Shown here piece by piece: positions 16,142-25,268 of a DNA stretch of 64,000 bases (positions are counted from its first letter, which is position 1; the number at the start of each line of letters is the position of its first letter). This DNA is from Deltaproteobacteria bacterium (lineage in GTDB: Bacteria; Myxococcota_A; UBA9160; SZUA-336), in the NCBI GenBank assembly GCA_029261925.1, contig JAJDAJ010000070.1, forward strand, positions 67,613-131,612, written 5' to 3'. Below the pieces are notes generated by a model that was given only the letters and a program-made list of their open reading frames with translations, did not search any database and was not told the DNA's origin. A program made the translations under genes and the position numbers.

Positions 16142-17842
16142 TCAGCCCGCACCCTGGCGGAGCAGCTGGCCCGGCGCGCTGCCCAGCGGCCGGTCGTCCT
16201 GGATGGTCGGCTCGCCGTTGACCAGCACGTGGCGGTAGCCGCGTGCCCGCTGGACACGGCGCCACTCCCCGGCGGGCAGGTCCGAGAGCTTCTCCATGGG
16301 CAGGATCTCGAGCCGGTCCAGGTCGTACACGACCACGTCGGCCGCTGCGCCGATGCGCAACGTGCCCCGATCCCCGAGACCGGCGCAGTGCGCGGGAAGG
16401 CCCGACAGGCGCCAGTGTGCCTGCTCCAGCGTCAGCCAGTCGCGTTCCCGCACGCTCGAGATCAGCAGCTCGGTGGTGAAGCGGCCCGGCGTCGTGAACT
16501 TCATGTGTGCCCCGCCGTCCGACACCCCGGGGATCGCCGACGGGTTGGCGAGCAGCTCATCGAGGTACTGGTAGCCGTCGTTCGGGAGCGCGCCGTAGAA
16601 CTCGGTCTCCAGCCGCTCCGACACCGCGATGTCGAGCATGGCGTCCACCGGGTGCACGCCCAGGATTCCCGCGGCCTCCTCCACCGTCTTGCCCTGGAAG
16701 CGCGCGTTCTCCGGGCGCGTCACCTCCGTGATCACGTGCTGGGGAATGGGCAGGGTGACCACGTGCGGCAGGTTCTCGCGGAGGCCCGGGCGACGCGCGG
16801 GATCCGAGAGCTTGTGCAGCTTCTCCTCGAGGCTGCCGTTGGTCGCTTCCGCCCACTCGGGAACCTCGTCGAACATGTTCATGTCGATGAACTGGTACCA
16901 GAAGCCCGAGCAGTTCGAGACCAGCTGCGCGTAGATGGGAAGCCCGCGCTCCCGGCACGACGTGATCCAGTCCATGACGCCGCGGTGGCGCTCGGGCTGC
17001 TTGCCGTAGACCAGGACGACGTTGTGCAGCACCGGCCGGCTGCTGGCGGCAGCGATGCGCTCCATGAGCTGGAACGTCGCCGCCGGCGATCCCTTGTACA
17101 GCGTCAGCTGGATGATGCCCTGGTTCAGGCGCCCCAGCGTGCCCGCGAGCCGCAGCAGGGTCTCCTCGTGCATCACGTCGGTGACCATCGGCGAGCCGTC
17201 CCAGTCGCGCTGCACCTGGACGCCGCTGCCGGGCGGAAGATGCTGCGCGGACCAGCCGCCCGCTCCCGCCTCTACCGCCTGCTGGAGCAGGGCCTCCATC
17301 CGCAGGTGCTCCTCCTCGCTCGGCAGGGCACCTGCCTTCGCCCGGTCTGCCCCCAGCACCTGCGAGACGAGCGGCGCGAGCGGCTGCAGCGCCCGGACGT
17401 TGACCGCCTTGGGAGTCCGCTCGACGCTGTCGAGAAACTCCGGGAAGGTCTCCCAGTCCCAGGGCATGCCGACCTTCATGGTGTCGAACGGGATGGCCTC
17501 GACACGCGTCATCGAGCGCATCGCCGCCTCGCGTCGCTCGGCGGGCAGGGGTGCGAAGCCGAAGCCGCAGTTGCCGATCACGACCGACGTGACGCCGTGC
17601 CAGCCGGACATGGAGCAGTACGGATCCCAGAAGACCTGGGCATCGTAGTGCGTGTGCAGGTCCACGAAGCCGGGCGCGACCACGCACCCGGACGCGTCGA
17701 TCTCGCGTCGCGCGGCGGAGCGCTCGATCCGGCCGATGCTGGCGATGCGGCCCCGCGAGATCCCCAGGTCCGCCTGGACCCGGGGCGCCCCCGTCCCGTC
17801 GACGACGAGTCCCCCGCGGATCGCGAGGTCGAACTCCGGCAC
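16142..17842 (-). CDS. N-acyl-D-amino-acid deacylase (D-aminoacylase) family amidohydrolase
   Basis: GTG 17842 is preceded by GAGGAGGAG. The ORF extends to 17923, but its first 27 codons lack support. Motifs: FDLAIRGGLVVDG, GFVDLHTHYD (HxH metal site), GVSDGGAH. Confidence 0.85.
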   Translation of the reverse strand: MPEFDLAIRGGLVVDGTGAPRVQADLGISRGRIASIGRIERSAARREIDASGCVVAPGFVDLHTHYDAQVFWDPYCSMSGWHGVTSVVIGNCGFGFAPLPAERREAAMRSMTRVEAIPFDTMKVGMPWDWETFPEFLDSVERTPKAVNVRALQPLAPLVSQVLGADRAKAGALPSEEEHLRMEALLQQAVEAGAGGWSAQHLPPGSGVQVQRDWDGSPMVTDVMHEETLLRLAGTLGRLNQGIIQLTLYKGSPAATFQLMERIAAASSRPVLHNVVLVYGKQPERHRGVMDWITSCRERGLPIYAQLVSNCSGFWYQFIDMNMFDEVPEWAEATNGSLEEKLHKLSDPARRPGLRENLPHVVTLPIPQHVITEVTRPENARFQGKTVEEAAGILGVHPVDAMLDIAVSERLETEFYGALPNDGYQYLDELLANPSAIPGVSDGGAHMKFTTPGRFTTELLISSVRERDWLTLEQAHWRLSGLPAHCAGLGDRGTLRIGAAADVVVYDLDRLEILPMEKLSDLPAGEWRRVQRARGYRHVLVNGEPTIQDDRPLGSAPGQLLRQGAG

Positions 17843-18025
17843 GGATCTCCTCCTCGCCAGGAGCCCTGCGTGCCCCCCGGCCATCCAGCCTACGAATACC
17901 ACAGACCCGGTGGTAAGAACCACGCAAACGCGTAGCCAGAGGAGCGAAGAAGCGACGTATCCGGGCCGGAGCCCCGGCCCGCTCGGCCCCTCCGGGCGCG
18001 CGGCCGCGCGCCCCGGGGACCGGCG

Positions 18026-18793
18026 CTACGGCCAGGACTTCCCGAACTCCGGCACCCAGAGGATCTGGCCGCTGATCCCGTCGCCGCGCTGCCGCGCCAG
18101 GTGGATCAGTGGCGGGCCGAGGTACTCCACCGAGGGGTGCTGCCAGTCGATGTCGTACTGCGCCAGCTTCGAATCGGGCGCGGCTAGCCGGGCCTCGACG
18201 GCCTCGGTGATGACGGAGCCCGGACTGAGGGCATTGACCGCGATGTTCTGCGGCCGGTACTCCTCGGCCAGCCACGTGGTCAGGCGGTTGAGCGCCGCCT
18301 TGGTGACCGAGTACATGCAGGAGTGATCGGTCGTGTAGCGCAGGGACGCGAGCGACGTGATGTTGACGATGCTGCCGCCGCCCTGGGCGATCATGTGCGG
18401 CAGCGCCGCCTGGCTCGCGAGCAGCGGGCCGCGCACGTTGACCGCGAAGGCGCGATCGATCTGGCCCGGGTCGAGGTTGAGGAACGGAAAGGCGTCCATG
18501 AGCGCGGCGTTGTTCACCAGCACGTCGACGCGCCCGTGCTCCAGCACGGCCCTGCCGATCATGCGCTGCATGCTCGCGGGATCGGCGGCGTCCGCCCGCA
18601 CCGCGGTGGCCCTGCCCCCGGCGTCGCGGATCTCGCCGGCCACGCTGTCGATCGTGCCGGGCAGCGGCCCGGCCTCGCGGCTGCGGCCGACGACGACCAC
18701 CGCCGCCCCGGCCTGTCCGAGCGCGAGCGCGAAGTAGCGCCCGATCCCGCGCGTCGCTCCCACGACCACCGCGACCTTGCCCTCGAGCTCCAT
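18026..18793 (-). CDS. SDR family oxidoreductase
   Basis: 255 aa. Motifs: GKVAVVVGATRGIG (TGxxxGIG type), NNAA, YSVTKAAL (YxxxK). Confidence 0.9.
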   Translation of the reverse strand: MELEGKVAVVVGATRGIGRYFALALGQAGAAVVVVGRSREAGPLPGTIDSVAGEIRDAGGRATAVRADAADPASMQRMIGRAVLEHGRVDVLVNNAALMDAFPFLNLDPGQIDRAFAVNVRGPLLASQAALPHMIAQGGGSIVNITSLASLRYTTDHSCMYSVTKAALNRLTTWLAEEYRPQNIAVNALSPGSVITEAVEARLAAPDSKLAQYDIDWQHPSVEYLGPPLIHLARQRGDGISGQILWVPEFGKSWP

Positions 18794-18895
18794 GGGTCCC
18801 TCCCGCGGGCACCACGCCCGGACGCCAGGCTACACGGCGCGCAGCGTGCTGCGGGAACCGCCCGGCCCACGACCGGGCGCGGGCGGGGCGCGGAC

Positions 18896-19867
18896 TCAGC
18901 GCGGCGTCGAGCCGGGCCGCAGCGCGGCCAGCCGGTCGATCTCGCGCCAGAAGCCGGCCACGGTGTCCTCGATGATGTCCTTGACCGGGCGAACCTCGTG
19001 CACGAGCGCCGCGCTCTGGCCGGCGGTGCCCGCGGTGCCCTCGACGTCGCCCCCGACGTACAGTCCCTCGATCACGCTGTCCATGCGGCCGGGGGCCGCC
19101 GTGCCCTCGAGCAGCGCAAGCGCCGCGGGCGTGCGCAGCGTGCGCAGCTTGGCGCGCGGGGGCCGGGGCAGCAGGAAGGTCGCGTCGGTGCCGGCGGCCA
19201 CGATCGCCTGCTTGTAGTTCGGGTGCACGGGGCTCTCTGCGGAGGCCACGAAGCGCGTGCCCATGGCGACGCCCTCGGCGCCCAGCGCCATGGCGGCCGC
19301 CATGCCGCGGCCGTCCACGATGCCCCCGGCGGCGACGATGGGCAGGTCCACGCGCTCGCGCACGGCCTGCAGCAGCACGAAGCTGCTCACCTCTTCCTGG
19401 TTGCGGATCCCGGCGCTCTCCGCACCCTCGACGATCAGCCCGTCCACGCCCGCGTCGGCGGCCTTGAGCGCGGCCTCGAGCGTGGGCACCGCGTGGTAGA
19501 CGACCACGCCCGCGTCATGCAGCTGCTGCACGTGGCGGCGCGGGCTGCCGGCCGACGTCGTCACGAAGCGCACACCGTGCTCGATGATCCACGCCAGGAT
19601 GGCGCGCTCCATGGCCTCGTTCTGGCGCAGGAACAGGATGGCGAGGTTCACGCCGAACGGGCGGTCGGTGACCGCCCGGATCGCCTCGAACTCGCGCCGG
19701 GTGACGTCGAGATCCACGCTCGAGGTCTCCATCACGCCGATGCCGCCGGCGGCAGAGACCGCCGCGGTGAGCTGGGCGCGGGCGACCCAGGTCATCGGAG
19801 CCTGGATGATCGGGTAGCGAGCGCCCGTGTGCGCGACGACCCGGTTGCCCGCGAACATCTCCGTCAT
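18896..19867 (-). CDS. Nitronate monooxygenase (NMO / 2-nitropropane dioxygenase-like, FMN)
   Basis: 323 aa. Motifs: YPIIQAPMTWV, AGGIGVM, IVAAGGIVDGRGMAAAMALGAEGV. The ATG overlaps the stop of the upstream SDR (ATGA at 19864-19867). Confidence 0.85.
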   Translation of the reverse strand: MTEMFAGNRVVAHTGARYPIIQAPMTWVARAQLTAAVSAAGGIGVMETSSVDLDVTRREFEAIRAVTDRPFGVNLAILFLRQNEAMERAILAWIIEHGVRFVTTSAGSPRRHVQQLHDAGVVVYHAVPTLEAALKAADAGVDGLIVEGAESAGIRNQEEVSSFVLLQAVRERVDLPIVAAGGIVDGRGMAAAMALGAEGVAMGTRFVASAESPVHPNYKQAIVAAGTDATFLLPRPPRAKLRTLRTPAALALLEGTAAPGRMDSVIEGLYVGGDVEGTAGTAGQSAALVHEVRPVKDIIEDTVAGFWREIDRLAALRPGSTPR

Positions 19868-20685
19868 GGCCGCAGCTCCATCTCCACGCCGCCGGGCATG
19901 GGCTCGCCGCTGTCCGCGACCAGCAGCGGGCCCTTGCCCTCGACGGCGCGGAACACGCGCCCGGTGCTGACCTCGATGCCGGCCTGCAGCAGGTCGGCCA
20001 CGACACCGGCGGGTACCGCGGGGTCATGCGCCGCGGACGCATCGAGACCCGCCGCGGCCGCCGTCTGATCGACCAGCACCGTGCGCGTGTAGCCCGGGTC
20101 GACCGCGAAGACGCTGACGCCGTCGGCGCGCAGCTCGCGCGCGAGCAGCGTGGTGAGCCGGTTCAGGGCGGCCTTGGTGGTGCCGTACGTGATGCCGGGA
20201 ACCTCGTACTGGCCGATCAGGCCCGCGCCCGAGGTGATGTTGACGATCGCGCCGCCGTCGCCCGCGCGCAGCGCCGGTGCGAGCCGCTTCGCGAGCAGGA
20301 ACGGCGCGGTGAGGTTCGCGGTGAGCTGGCGGGTCCAGCTCTTCAGGCTGGTCTCGTCGAGCGAGTGGTAGGCCGCACGGCCCAGGAAGGCGGCGTTGTT
20401 CACCAGCACGTTCGGGCCGCCGCGCCAGGCGAGCGCCGCGGAGGCCAGCGCCTCGACCGACGCCGTGTCGGTCAGGTCGGCGCGCACGACGTGCGCCTCG
20501 CGGCCCAGCCCGCGCACCAGCGCGGCAGTCTCCGCCAGCGTGCCGGGCATGGTCGCCGTGCTCTCGTCGACGCTGCGCGCCGCCAGGATCAGGTGCGCGC
20601 CGCGGCGCGCCAGCTCCACGGCGATCGCCTGCCCGACGCCGCGGCTCGCCCCCGTCACCAGTGCGACGCTGTCGCTCAGCTCCAT
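19864..20685 (-). CDS. SDR family oxidoreductase
   Basis: ATG at 20683-20685 in the frame of ORF 19864..21963 (the upstream part is antisense to the MFS gene). 273 aa. Motifs: VALVTGASRGVG, NNAA, YGTTKAAL. Confidence 0.9.
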   Translation of the reverse strand: MELSDSVALVTGASRGVGQAIAVELARRGAHLILAARSVDESTATMPGTLAETAALVRGLGREAHVVRADLTDTASVEALASAALAWRGGPNVLVNNAAFLGRAAYHSLDETSLKSWTRQLTANLTAPFLLAKRLAPALRAGDGGAIVNITSGAGLIGQYEVPGITYGTTKAALNRLTTLLARELRADGVSVFAVDPGYTRTVLVDQTAAAAGLDASAAHDPAVPAGVVADLLQAGIEVSTGRVFRAVEGKGPLLVADSGEPMPGGVEMELRP

Positions 20686-20808
20686 TGGCCCCACCTTCGC
20701 ACCCCACCCTGCCACAGCGCGGCCGCGCAGGTCTCGCGGGGCGCCGCGCGGGCCCGTGCTGGAGGCACCGGCCGGGAGAGCCACGCACACGTATGATGCG
20801 CCCGGCTC

Positions 20809-22167
20809 ATGGAGTACCGGTGGAGGGCGCTGGGGGCGGTCGGGTTCGGCCTGTTCATGGCGACGATGGACTTCGGCATCGTCAACCTGGCGCTGCCTCG
20901 CCTGGCCGCCGATCTCGCGCAGCCCCCCGACGTGGTGGTCTGGGCGGCGCTCTCGCACAGCCTGGTGATGACCGGCGCGACGCTGACCGCAGGTCGTGCC
21001 GGCGACCTGTTCGGGCGCCGGCGCGTGTACCTGACGGGCTGGTGCGTCTTCGGCGTCGGGCTGGTCGCGGCCTCGCTGACGCGCACGATCGAGACGCTGG
21101 TGGCCGCGCGGCTCCTGCAGGCCTGCGGGATGTCGATGGCCATCGCCAACTCCAACGCGATCGTGCTCGACGCCTTCCCCGACCGCGAGCGCGGCCGCGC
21201 GCTGGGCATCGTGACGGCCATCGTGGGAGCGGGGCTGATGTCGGGCCCCGCCGTCGGTGGCTTCATCCTGACCGGCTTCGAGTGGCCGGCGATCTTCTGG
21301 CTGCGCATCCCCATCGTCGCGATCGCGATCGCCGTGGGCTGGCGGTACGTGCGCGAGAGCGGGGGCGTGCGCGACGGCTCCCGCCTGGATGTGCCCGGGG
21401 CGATCGCGCTCTTCGTCGCGCTGGCGTCGCTCCTGGTCGCGATCAACCGCGGTGGATCCTGGGGCTGGGCGTCGCCGCGGACGCTGGGCCTCGCGGCCGC
21501 GGGGCTGGCAACGCTGGCGCTCTTCGCGCGCCTCGAGTCCCGCTCGGGGAGCCCCATCCTCTCGCTCCACCTGTTCCGGACGCGCAACTTCGCGGTCTCG
21601 GTGGGTAGCCTGATCTTCACCTACATGGCGCACGTCTCGGTGCTGTTCGCCCTGCCCTTCTACCTGATGGACGTCCGTGGCTTCCCGGCGGCATCCAGCG
21701 GGCTGATCGTGACCGCCGTCCCGCTCATGCTGCTGCTGTTCGCTCCGCTCAGCGGCCTGCTCTTCGATCGCCACGGCTCGCGCGCCCAGGCCACGCTCGG
21801 ACTGGTGTGCGTCGGCCTGGGCGTGCTCTCGCTGGCCTGGCTCGACGAGGCCACGCCGCTGAGCGGCGTGCTGCTCCCGCTGGCACTCGTCGGCCTGGGC
21901 ATGTCGGTGTTCGGGCCGGCCAACTCGAGCACGATCTTCGCGGGCGTGCCGCGCGAGGCGCACGGCACCGCCGGGGCGAGCATCGCCACGTCGCGCAACA
22001 TCGGAAGCGCGCTGGGCCTGGGCATCTACAGCGTGGTGCTGGTGCGGCCCGCGCGCCTGGTCGACGGCGTGAGCGACGTGTTCGGGGTGGCCGCGCTGCT
22101 GGCGCTGGTCGCGGTGCTGGCGTCCGCGCAGCGGGGCTCGACCAGGGCCGGGTCCGCGACCCGCTGA
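20809..22167 (+). CDS. MFS transporter (DHA2/EmrB-like, 14-TM type suspected)
   Basis: 452 aa. FMATMDFGIVNLALP, GRAGDLFGRRRVYL and multiple TM segments. Confidence 0.9.
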   Translation: MEYRWRALGAVGFGLFMATMDFGIVNLALPRLAADLAQPPDVVVWAALSHSLVMTGATLTAGRAGDLFGRRRVYLTGWCVFGVGLVAASLTRTIETLVAARLLQACGMSMAIANSNAIVLDAFPDRERGRALGIVTAIVGAGLMSGPAVGGFILTGFEWPAIFWLRIPIVAIAIAVGWRYVRESGGVRDGSRLDVPGAIALFVALASLLVAINRGGSWGWASPRTLGLAAAGLATLALFARLESRSGSPILSLHLFRTRNFAVSVGSLIFTYMAHVSVLFALPFYLMDVRGFPAASSGLIVTAVPLMLLLFAPLSGLLFDRHGSRAQATLGLVCVGLGVLSLAWLDEATPLSGVLLPLALVGLGMSVFGPANSSTIFAGVPREAHGTAGASIATSRNIGSALGLGIYSVVLVRPARLVDGVSDVFGVAALLALVAVLASAQRGSTRAGSATR

Positions 22168-22383
22168 GCGCCGACCGCGGCGCGATGCCGGTCCCGCTTC
22201 GCCCCGCGACGGGGAGTCCCGCGCCGCCCGGCGCTACCCTGTCCGGATGCGCCTCACGCGGCCCCGTACCGCGCGCGTGGCGGCCGGTCCCGCCGGCCGG
22301 CCTGCGGATCCGGGACCGTCCGGGTCGCGGGCCCGGAAGCACGTCCCTGAGGGCCACGGACGATCGGACGAGGAGTCTCGCGG

Positions 22384-23988
22384 ATGAGATACACGGTCCG
22401 CTACGGCGGCAGGGACGGGGCGCACCACGACCTCGACATCGCCGATGACCTGGTCGTGGTGCGCTCGCGCCGCGCACCCTCGCTGGCACGGGCCGTGCGC
22501 AGCCGGACGGTCGCCCGGATCGTCGGCACGACGGACCGGATCGCGCACTTCCCGGATGCCGGGGTCGAGGTCCTGCGGATCCGGGCCCGCAGGAACCGGC
22601 TGCGTGAGCGCGACCGGATCCGCCGCGCCCTCAAGGCTGAGCCCGGCATCGAGTTCGCGGGCCGCGTGCTGCGGGACGGACCCTCGATCCTGCCGGTGGT
22701 CTACACGGAGAACCTCTTCGTCAAGTTTCGCGACGATGTGAGGCTGGCCGACGCCCGCCAGCTGCTCGCGCGACACGACCTGAAGATCAAGCGGCGGCTG
22801 CGGGTCGCCCCGCGGGCCTGGTTCGTGGGTGCCACGCCGGGTACGGGCCTGCGGGTCTTCGCCATGGCGAATCGGCTGCTGCGCGACAGGTCGGTCGAGC
22901 TCTGCCACCCCGAGCTCGTGCGTCCCAGGGGCACGAAGCGCGCCGACCGGCGCCAGTGGCACCTCAAGCAGACCCGCATCGGCGGTCGGACGATCCGTGC
23001 GCATGCGAACGTGCGCGCGGCGTGGCGTCTGTCGACCGGCAAGCGAACGGTCATCGCGGTGATCGACGACGGCTTCGACATCGACCACGAGGAGTTCTCC
23101 TCGCGCCGCAAGATCGTCGCGCCCCGCGACGCGACACGGCGCGTCAGCGATCCCCGGCCGTACTTCTCGGACGATGACCATGGAACGGCCTGCGCGGGGG
23201 TGGCATGTGCGGACGGGGAGTTCGGCGCCTCGGGTGTGGCCCCCGACGCGCGGCTGATGCCGGTCCGGCTGCGGTCCGGCCTCGGGTCGCAGGCCGAGTC
23301 CGACGCGCTCGTCTGGGCTGCCGACCACGGAGCCGACGTGATCTCATGCAGCTGGGGCCCCGAGGACGGCGACTGGTGGGACGACGACGACCCGCGCCAT
23401 CGCCGCTACTCGCCGCTGCCGGACAGCACCCGGCTCGCGATCGACTACGCCACGCGGCGCGGGCGCGACGGCAAGGGCTGCGTGATCACATGGGCAGCCG
23501 GAAACGGCGACGAGAGCGTCGAGAACGACGGCTACGCGAGCTACCCGCCGGTGATGGCGGTGGCCGCCTGCAACGACCGCGGACGCCGGAGCGTCTACAG
23601 CGACTTCGGCGCGGCCATCTGGTGCGCGTTCCCGAGCAGCGACCTGGGCCCGCCCGCGCCCCGCACGCGCGGAATCTGGACGACGGACCGCAGCGGACCG
23701 GCGGGGTACAACCCGCACCAGGGCGGGGGCGACCGGGCGGGCGACTACACCGACGACTTCGGCGGCACGTCGAGCGCCTGTCCGGGCGCGGCGGGCGTGG
23801 CGGCGCTGGTGCTCTCGGTACGGCCCTCCCTGAGCTGGGAGGAGGTGCGCGAGGTACTCGCCCGGAGCTGCCGCAAGATCGACCGCCGGGGCGGGCGCTA
23901 CCGTGCCGGTCGGAGTCCCTGGTACGGCTTCGGGCGTCTCGATGCCCGGCGCGCGGTACGGATCGCACGCGAGTGGCCCCGCCGCTGA
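22384..23988 (+). CDS. S8 (subtilisin) family serine peptidase, no signal peptide
   Basis: 534 aa. Catalytic triad contexts VIAVIDDGFD (Asp), DDHGTACAGVA (His), GGTSSACPGAAGVAAL (Ser). The N-terminal ~200 aa is a non-hydrophobic extension. Confidence 0.85.
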   Translation: MRYTVRYGGRDGAHHDLDIADDLVVVRSRRAPSLARAVRSRTVARIVGTTDRIAHFPDAGVEVLRIRARRNRLRERDRIRRALKAEPGIEFAGRVLRDGPSILPVVYTENLFVKFRDDVRLADARQLLARHDLKIKRRLRVAPRAWFVGATPGTGLRVFAMANRLLRDRSVELCHPELVRPRGTKRADRRQWHLKQTRIGGRTIRAHANVRAAWRLSTGKRTVIAVIDDGFDIDHEEFSSRRKIVAPRDATRRVSDPRPYFSDDDHGTACAGVACADGEFGASGVAPDARLMPVRLRSGLGSQAESDALVWAADHGADVISCSWGPEDGDWWDDDDPRHRRYSPLPDSTRLAIDYATRRGRDGKGCVITWAAGNGDESVENDGYASYPPVMAVAACNDRGRRSVYSDFGAAIWCAFPSSDLGPPAPRTRGIWTTDRSGPAGYNPHQGGGDRAGDYTDDFGGTSSACPGAAGVAALVLSVRPSLSWEEVREVLARSCRKIDRRGGRYRAGRSPWYGFGRLDARRAVRIAREWPRR

Positions 23989-24125
23989 GGCCACGGTCGG
24001 GCACCGCCGCGGCCGGACGGACGGCGCCCTGCCCCATCCGGTCCCGCGGGCGCAGTGCGCCCCATACTTGCTAGAAACAGGGAGCCGGCAGGCCCGGCCC
24101 CCTCACTGCAGGACAGGTAGAACGC

Positions 24126-25268
24126 ATGGATCTCGATCTGAGCGAGGATCAGGAGTTCTTCCGGGACACGACCCGGAAGTTCCTCGAGTCCCGGATTCCC
24201 GTCGAAACCGTACGCAAGCTCGCGAAGCACCCGGACGGCTTCGAGCGCGACTGGTGGCAGAGCGGCGCCGAGATGGGCTGGACGTCGATGCTCGTCCCCG
24301 AGGAGCACGGCGGCGGCAGCCTCGCCGGGGAAGGCCTGCTCGACCTGGTGATCGTCGCCGAGGAGATGGGCCGGCTCCTGACGCCGGGCCCGCTGCTGGT
24401 CACCAACGTCGTGGCCGCAGCGATCTCGGAGCGCGGGACGCCGGAGCAGCAGAAGGCGCTGCTCCCGGGCATCGTCTCGGGCGAGACGCTGGCGAGCTGG
24501 GCGCTCGACGAGCCCGGAGGGCGCTGGCAGGCCGCCGAGCTCGACGTCGAGGCCCGCGCGCACGACGGAGGCTTCCTGCTGCGCGGCGTCAAGGCACCGG
24601 TCGAGGCGGCGGGCCAGGTCGATCAGCTGCTGGTCACGGCGCGCACCCGGACCGGGCTCACCCAGCTGCTGGTGCCGGCCGACGCCGCGGGAATCAGCCT
24701 GAAGCCCATGCAGGGTCTGGACCTGGTGCGCCGCTACGCGGAGGTCCGCTTCGACGACGTCTTCGTGCCGGAGTCAGCCGCCCTCGGCCGGGTCGGCGAG
24801 GCCCACGAGGACGTCGAGCGCCAGCTCCAGATCGCCATCGCCCTGCAGCTTGCCGAGACCATGGGCGCGGTCGACCGCGTCTTCGAGTTCACGCTCGAGT
24901 GGATGTTCGACCGCCACTCCTTCGGCCGCCCGCTCGCGTCGTACCAGGCGCTCAAGCACCGCTTCGCGGACATGAAGCTGTACCTGGAGGCCGGCATGGC
25001 GACGGCGACGGCCGTCGCGCGCGCCGTCCAGCAGCGCGACCCGGAGGCCGCGGCCCGGGTCAGCGCCGCCAAGTCCTACGTCGGCGACCACGCCACGTTC
25101 GTGCTGCAGGAGTGCGTGCAGATGCACGGAGGGCTCGGCGTGACCTGGGAGTACGACCTCCACCTGTACCTGCGCCGGGCCACGACCAACCAGCTGCGCT
25201 ACGGCACCCCGCGCGACCACCGTGAACGGATCGCCCGGCTCATCGGCATGGACGGGGGATCGCGATGA
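24126..25268 (+). CDS. Acyl-CoA dehydrogenase family protein, beta-like subunit of a probable heteromeric pair
   Basis: 380 aa. HGGGSL.., FGRPLASYQALKHRFADM, VQMHGGLGVTWEYDLHLYLRRA. ATGA overlap with the next ACAD gene. Confidence 0.9.
   Translation: MDLDLSEDQEFFRDTTRKFLESRIPVETVRKLAKHPDGFERDWWQSGAEMGWTSMLVPEEHGGGSLAGEGLLDLVIVAEEMGRLLTPGPLLVTNVVAAAISERGTPEQQKALLPGIVSGETLASWALDEPGGRWQAAELDVEARAHDGGFLLRGVKAPVEAAGQVDQLLVTARTRTGLTQLLVPADAAGISLKPMQGLDLVRRYAEVRFDDVFVPESAALGRVGEAHEDVERQLQIAIALQLAETMGAVDRVFEFTLEWMFDRHSFGRPLASYQALKHRFADMKLYLEAGMATATAVARAVQQRDPEAAARVSAAKSYVGDHATFVLQECVQMHGGLGVTWEYDLHLYLRRATTNQLRYGTPRDHRERIARLIGMDGGSR

Noticed and set aside
15965-18815. Long ORFs 15965..17935(+) and 16557..18815(-)
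   Set aside because: Both overlap the D-aminoacylase and SDR genes, which carry clear catalytic motifs in another frame or strand. Both are Arg/Pro/Gly-rich.
18323-21963. ORFs 18323..20068(+), 20026..20796(+), 20676..21620(-) and the upstream 426 codons of 19864..21963(-)
   Set aside because: They are shadow frames of the SDR/NMO/SDR/MFS genes and carry no independent evidence.
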